Notes under the pieces: generated by a model | Seen by the model: the letters and a program-made list of their open reading frames with translations, nothing else | Databases searched by the model: none | What the model was told of the DNA's origin: nothing | Position numbers and translations under genes: made by a program | Assembly (NCBI GenBank): GCA_013239625.1 | Contig: MU054323.1 | Location: forward strand, 15,132,029 to 15,196,028 | DNA length: 64,000 nt | Reading direction: 5' to 3' | Source of the DNA: Lama guanicoe | Taxonomy: Eukaryota | Shown: positions 59,501 through 64,000 of the stretch, in pieces | How positions within the stretch are numbered: the stretch's first letter is position 1 | How the letters are laid out: every line of letters starts with the position of its first letter

Positions 59501-61554
59501 CATTTTACTTTTCTGAAAGTCACATCTTATGAAAGGCACTTTTGATAAATTTCATCAGATGTTTTACTACTCCTAATTCAATGTAACCAATATTTTTAGA
59601 TTATCTGCTATCCAGTTTATTCTAAACTGGCAACTGGCATTATAAAGTAAGTAAATAACAGTTTCTCCACTCAGGAAGTTTACAATCTAATTAGGATATG
59701 CTAACAGATAGGTGTGTGTATGTGTGGGTGCATGCATGTGTGTTTGTATTAGATAAAATCCAGCATAACGTATGGTTATGCTTTAAAATAAGGTGTTCAG
59801 ATAATGAGTGTGATGGGAAGTCACAACACTGAGAGCATTTTGAACAGTTTCTTCAATGAGCCAGCCCTTCTAATCCTCTCATCTCAGCTGTGAAATTTTG
59901 ACTCAGTTTGAAAAAAAAAAATACCTTCGACAAAACAATTTTAAACCTGTGGCTTTTTGGTATCCAGGGTTATTGCTTTTCTCTCCATGTAATAAAGGGG
60001 TTAACGAGTTCCTTTATCCTCATCTTACTCTGAAATCACTGAGCCACTCCTTTACTGTCTTTTCCGTCTTCCTGCCAGTTGCAGCTCATTCCTTACTTTG
60101 GTCTTCCTGACTGCATTCCAAAAGGCTGACCTAAATAAACTCAAATTACTTACTTTCCCAGGAAGAAAATAGTTTCTTTCCTATTTTTACCACCTTGTTC
60201 TGCAACTTTCAGTTTAAAGTTTAATTCATTAATTGGTATATCTTTACAAGTCCCCATTTAAGGATGGTATAATGTACCATATACCTCTTCTTCAAAAAAA
60301 TACATATTTTTTTTACAATTTTAGAACTGTAGATTGCCAACATTTGTGTGTAACACATTTCTAAAAATATTCATGGGAAAATTGGACACAAATCTACAAA
60401 TACAATATTCAGAATGTGTACTGTAATAAAACCTGGGACTACAACTTTAGATGAAAACTATTACTTTTTTTTTTATGAAGTCAGAAAATTCCATCTCATG
60501 CTATATTTAATGCTTTTGTAAAGGGTAAACTTTGGAGAAATAATCTGAAAATGTGCCTAGCTGGAATAATGAAAAAGTGTGGTGCCTCATGAATCAATAT
60601 AAATTTATTTTTGAGGAAGGCAAAATGACCAGGACGGACAATGAAAATGTTTCAAGCTCTATAAAATGTATTGAATTCTAGAAACCAGTCAATTTTGTAT
60701 AAAATGCCCTTAGGATTGGCTTTCCCCATGATAATAAACAGTGGGGAAATGTACTAAAAATATAGGAAAAAATTGTATTTTGAGAAGCATATTAAATTAG
60801 AGAAATGATAGTATCAATTGATTCCATAAAGACTCTCAGAAAAGCAGACTTGATACAACCAGTATGAAGCTTACAACGGTAAGTCCAGCTACCAGTGGTC
60901 AATGAGAAACAACTGAAAAATTGCATCAAAAAGTTTAGACGGCACTCCAAACAAAACTCCTAAAAATAAACCCCCAAATGACATTGACATATGTGATTAC
61001 GATGAGGTTTTATAGTGTGCACCCTCCCTTATTCTAATAATGTGGCTACTGATGGTCCATGTGTCCTCCATGGCTCTGTTCAGAGTAACCCCTCTAAGAA
61101 GCCTAGAAACTTCTACCTCTCTCCTGAGGCTTGATCTTTTGCTCTAATTTAGGTTTTCTTGGTCTTGACATTTTTTTTTATTGATCTGTTGTTATTATTG
61201 ATTTTATTTCCTGGAAGGCATTTCACATCTATGTGTGAATAAATTTTAACATATATAATGTAGGGATATTAATCAACTGAAAAATGATGATGTATGGATT
61301 ATAGCTTTAAGGTCTAAATGATCAGAGCTCTCTGATCCATTCAAGTTTTTTCTTATCTGGAAAAACAATCTAATTGATTATTATAATAACTATAATTATA
61401 CCCAAACTATTCTTTTAGAATATGATTTAGAATATAAAACAGACTAAGAGATCAACTGTTACCAATTATTCTAAGGATTCAAGGTAATAATTTTGAGGGT
61501 AGTTTAAATGATTTATCTGTAATCTTTTGCCTCTGTTTGGGAGGTGGCTCCTCC

Positions 61555-61725
61555 AAATATTACTTCTGTGATGTCAGGCAATGTATTTAATCTATTTTAT
61601 CTGAAAATTGGAAAATCAATGGTGCCTACCCCATAGAATTATTTTGAGGATTAAGTGAATTAATATTTTTAAAGTGTTTGGAATGGTATTTCAACATTAT
61701 CTTAATGTTTGCATATTATTATTCA
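61555..61725 (+). mobile_element. MIR fragment
   Basis: TGTGATGTCAGGCAA..ATCTGAAAATTGG..GCCTACCCCATAGAATTATTTTGAGGATTAAGTGA. Confidence 0.7.
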
Positions 61726-62449
61726 TCTCGCAATTCAGTGACTCTCTCTCCAGCTATGTCACCTATCTGTTGTTTTAGATTTTAATTATTGAGTTTTTCT
61801 TTTATAGAAATTTTATTTATACCTCTCATTGTTTATTTCTTTTGTTTTTTTGCATGTTGCTCACATTTTCAAAACAAAAACATTTCCATTATTTAGACAA
61901 TAATACTAAACACGATTATTTTATACTCTATGTTCATTAAGAACCTCAAGTCTGACATGACTTGAATTTAAATTCTTGGCTTAAAGGGTTTTAAATTATC
62001 CAGGAAAAATGGACTTAGGCTGGGAACTCACACAAGGGCTGGCTTTTGATTGAGAATTTTCAAGGGAATTTACCTTTACCCAGTGCTAAGGTTCAGGATG
62101 GACGGTTTGACCTGCTATTGTTTGGAGCTGAGAGTAGGCACAGAGTTATTTCTATTTCACTTGTTTTCTGAGGTCTGAGGATATAGCTCTTTACACAGGG
62201 CTCTTCCTTATACAGATATCTCCTCATCTTCTCGTGAACTTCTCATTTCTCAGCTCTCTGGAGGCCTTGAAAAAAAAACAAAGCTCAAGTGCCTGGATTC
62301 AGCAAGTGCCCTTAGAGCTTCAGTTTTCCAGTTTTGTTTCTACGTAACATTCCACAGTGTGAATTTATTTATAAATCCTTTCTCCTGTTGTTGGATACAG
62401 GGTTGTTCCCAGGTTTTCTTTTTATTCAGTGTTTAGATCACTCTCCTAT

Positions 62450-62750
62450 GACTTCTGTGCCCAGCACTTGACTGAAACTGGTGACAGTAGATCATTAATG
62501 ATTTGATGCCCAATCGAATGGACACTTCTCAGTCCTCATCTTACAAGACCGACGACACATTGCCATTCAACTGAATTGGTTTCTCCCTCCTTGAAAAGCT
62601 TGCTTTCTTGGTTTCCGGGACAGTCCTATCATGGTGTCTCTCCTGCTTCTCTGATCCCTTCCTTATAGCATCCTTTGTCCTGTCATTGTCTTGCCATAGT
62701 TACTAACTGATGTTTCCGATGGCCTGATTCTGGGGACTCTTCCCTCACTT
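62450..62750 (+). mobile_element. L2 ORF2 fragment
   Basis: AATGGACACTTCTCAGTCCTCATCTTAC (NGHFSVLILL-like), CTCCCTCCTTGAAA. Confidence 0.7.
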
Positions 62751-62759
62751 TAACATGGA

Positions 62760-62875
62760 AAAGCATCACCTGAGGTACTTAATCAAATGCAGATTTTGGA
62801 GGGTTTCCAAAGAGATTCTGACTCAGCAGGTATAGGGTAAGACACAAGAGTTTGCATTTTTTAATAAGCATCCAT
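62760..62875. mobile_element. MER5-like hAT-Charlie fragment
   Basis: ATCACCTG..AAATGCAGATT..AGAGATTCTGACTCAGCAGGT..TTTGCATTTTTTAATAAGCA. Confidence 0.75.
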
Positions 62876-63454
62876 CTTTGAGTGAATTTAGGAAATTATC
62901 AGCATTTAGTCTAAAGTCTCTTCTCCTGCAGAAAATTATTTGCTTTGCTCAATTTGTGGTGTCTTCTAGAGGTTTTATAAGTTAATTTTTTAAAAGAAAC
63001 CACTGGCACTAATAACACTTTTGAAAACCCTGGATTTAGAATTACATTTAAACAGAGCCAAGTAGCTGTCAAGCAGCTGTACAATATTTTCTGTGCTTTG
63101 GGGATGGCCCCTAACAGAAGAGCTAGCTATGTGGCTGATCCACTTGTTACCAGGACTGACAGAGTACCTTTTATAGTCAGGGGTGCTGGTCAGGCTAAGT
63201 AATTCCTTGAAACAAAGGGGACTAGAAAGCTCAAAAACCAGAATCACCACATGTGGAAAACCTGATTGATAGAAGGGCTTTCCCTGGTATCTGTAGGTTT
63301 GGGCTGTAAGAAGTTGCTGTGCAAGATGATGCTAATAGGGAGGTAGGGTTCAGAAAATTAGCACTTTGTAGGTTGCATTAACAAATTTTCTTTACCTTGA
63401 TTGGTATTTTAGATATGGTGGTGTCGCTACGGTATTTTAGATATGGTGGTAAGG

Positions 63455-63800
63455 TGGAGACAGAAAGTCCCCTGATTTCAGATGTATATTTTAAAAGCTC
63501 ACTCTGGCCATGTGTGGTGAATAAAACGAGTGTGGGGTTCAATTTTGCATATTGGTTGAGGGAGACTAGTTAGGAGGTTACTGTTGAAGTCAAGGAGAGA
63601 TAGACTGTTGCTTGAATCAGAGTGGTAGCAATGGAGATGTAATTTGATTCCAAATATCATAATTTATGATCAACTGGGCTTGTAATTGGATTGGACACAG
63701 AAAATGAGAATAAAGAAAGTTCACGGAGCTCCTGGGTTCCTGACTACTACTACTGGATGAGTGGGGTGTTAGTCACTAAGGAACGGAATGATGCCAAAAG
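63455..63800 (-). mobile_element. L2 fragment
   Basis: TTTTAAAAGCTCACTCTGGC..GGGAGACTAGTTAGGAGGTTACTG..GGTAGCAATGGAGATG. Confidence 0.75.
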
Positions 63801-63811
63801 AAGGCCACTTT

Positions 63812-64000
63812 TAATGAAATAATGTCATTTGCAGCAACATGGATGTACCTGGAGATCGTCAATATTAAGTGAAGTGAGCCAGAAAGAGAAAGGAAAATAC
63901 CGTATGATGTCACTTATATGTGTAATCTAAAAAAAAAAACAAAAAAAAGAACACAAATGAACTCATTTACAAAACAGAAACAGAATCACAGACTTGAACA
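63812..64000 (+). mobile_element. Lineage-specific L1 (ORF2 end/3' UTR), runs off the window
   Basis: AATGAAATAATGTCATTTGCAGCAACATGGATG..AAGTGAAGTGAGCCAGAAAGAGAAAG..CACAAATGAACTCATTTACAAAACAGAAACAGA. Confidence 0.92.

Noticed and set aside
60835..60887. Strong plus-strand donor ACG|GTAAGT
   Set aside because: Upstream acceptor is weak and the peptide is unrecognisable.
268..63250. Remaining 60-135 aa ORFs in the track as genes
   Set aside because: Many start at non-ATG codons, are low-complexity or lie within repeats, and none resembles a cellular protein I know.
63403..63450. Repeat-spacer-repeat as a CRISPR-like array
   Set aside because: Only two units, an 8-nt spacer, mammalian context and no cas genes.

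Overview
This is AT-rich, CpG-depleted mammalian genomic DNA. It is most likely camelid (alpaca, llama or camel), based on three tRNA-Ala-derived Vic-1-like SINEs and cetartiodactyl-type L1 ends. I recognise no protein-coding exon, intact RNA gene or CRISPR array, so the window reads as intergenic or deep-intronic. It is dense with interspersed repeats: L2, MIR, several L1 age classes, Tigger/hAT DNA transposon relics, MaLR/ERV1 LTRs and an ERVL gag-pro-pol remnant. Every ORF with a recognisable product is a decayed L1 or ERVL fragment. I found no convincing new biological system. The most interesting signals are non-canonical retrotransposition events. The first is a TSD-flanked L1 insertion that keeps its 5' UTR plus about 105 bp of apparent source-locus flank but stops early in ORF2 at an internal AATAAA. 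The second is a polyadenylated, TSD-flanked retrocopy of a MER41-like LTR 3' end. There is also a MER41-like solo LTR with STAT-type motifs, two recent local duplications, and several candidate exons and regulatory patches. Repeat family names come from recalled consensus sequences, not a database search, and most boundaries are approximate unless TSDs or TIRs fix them.
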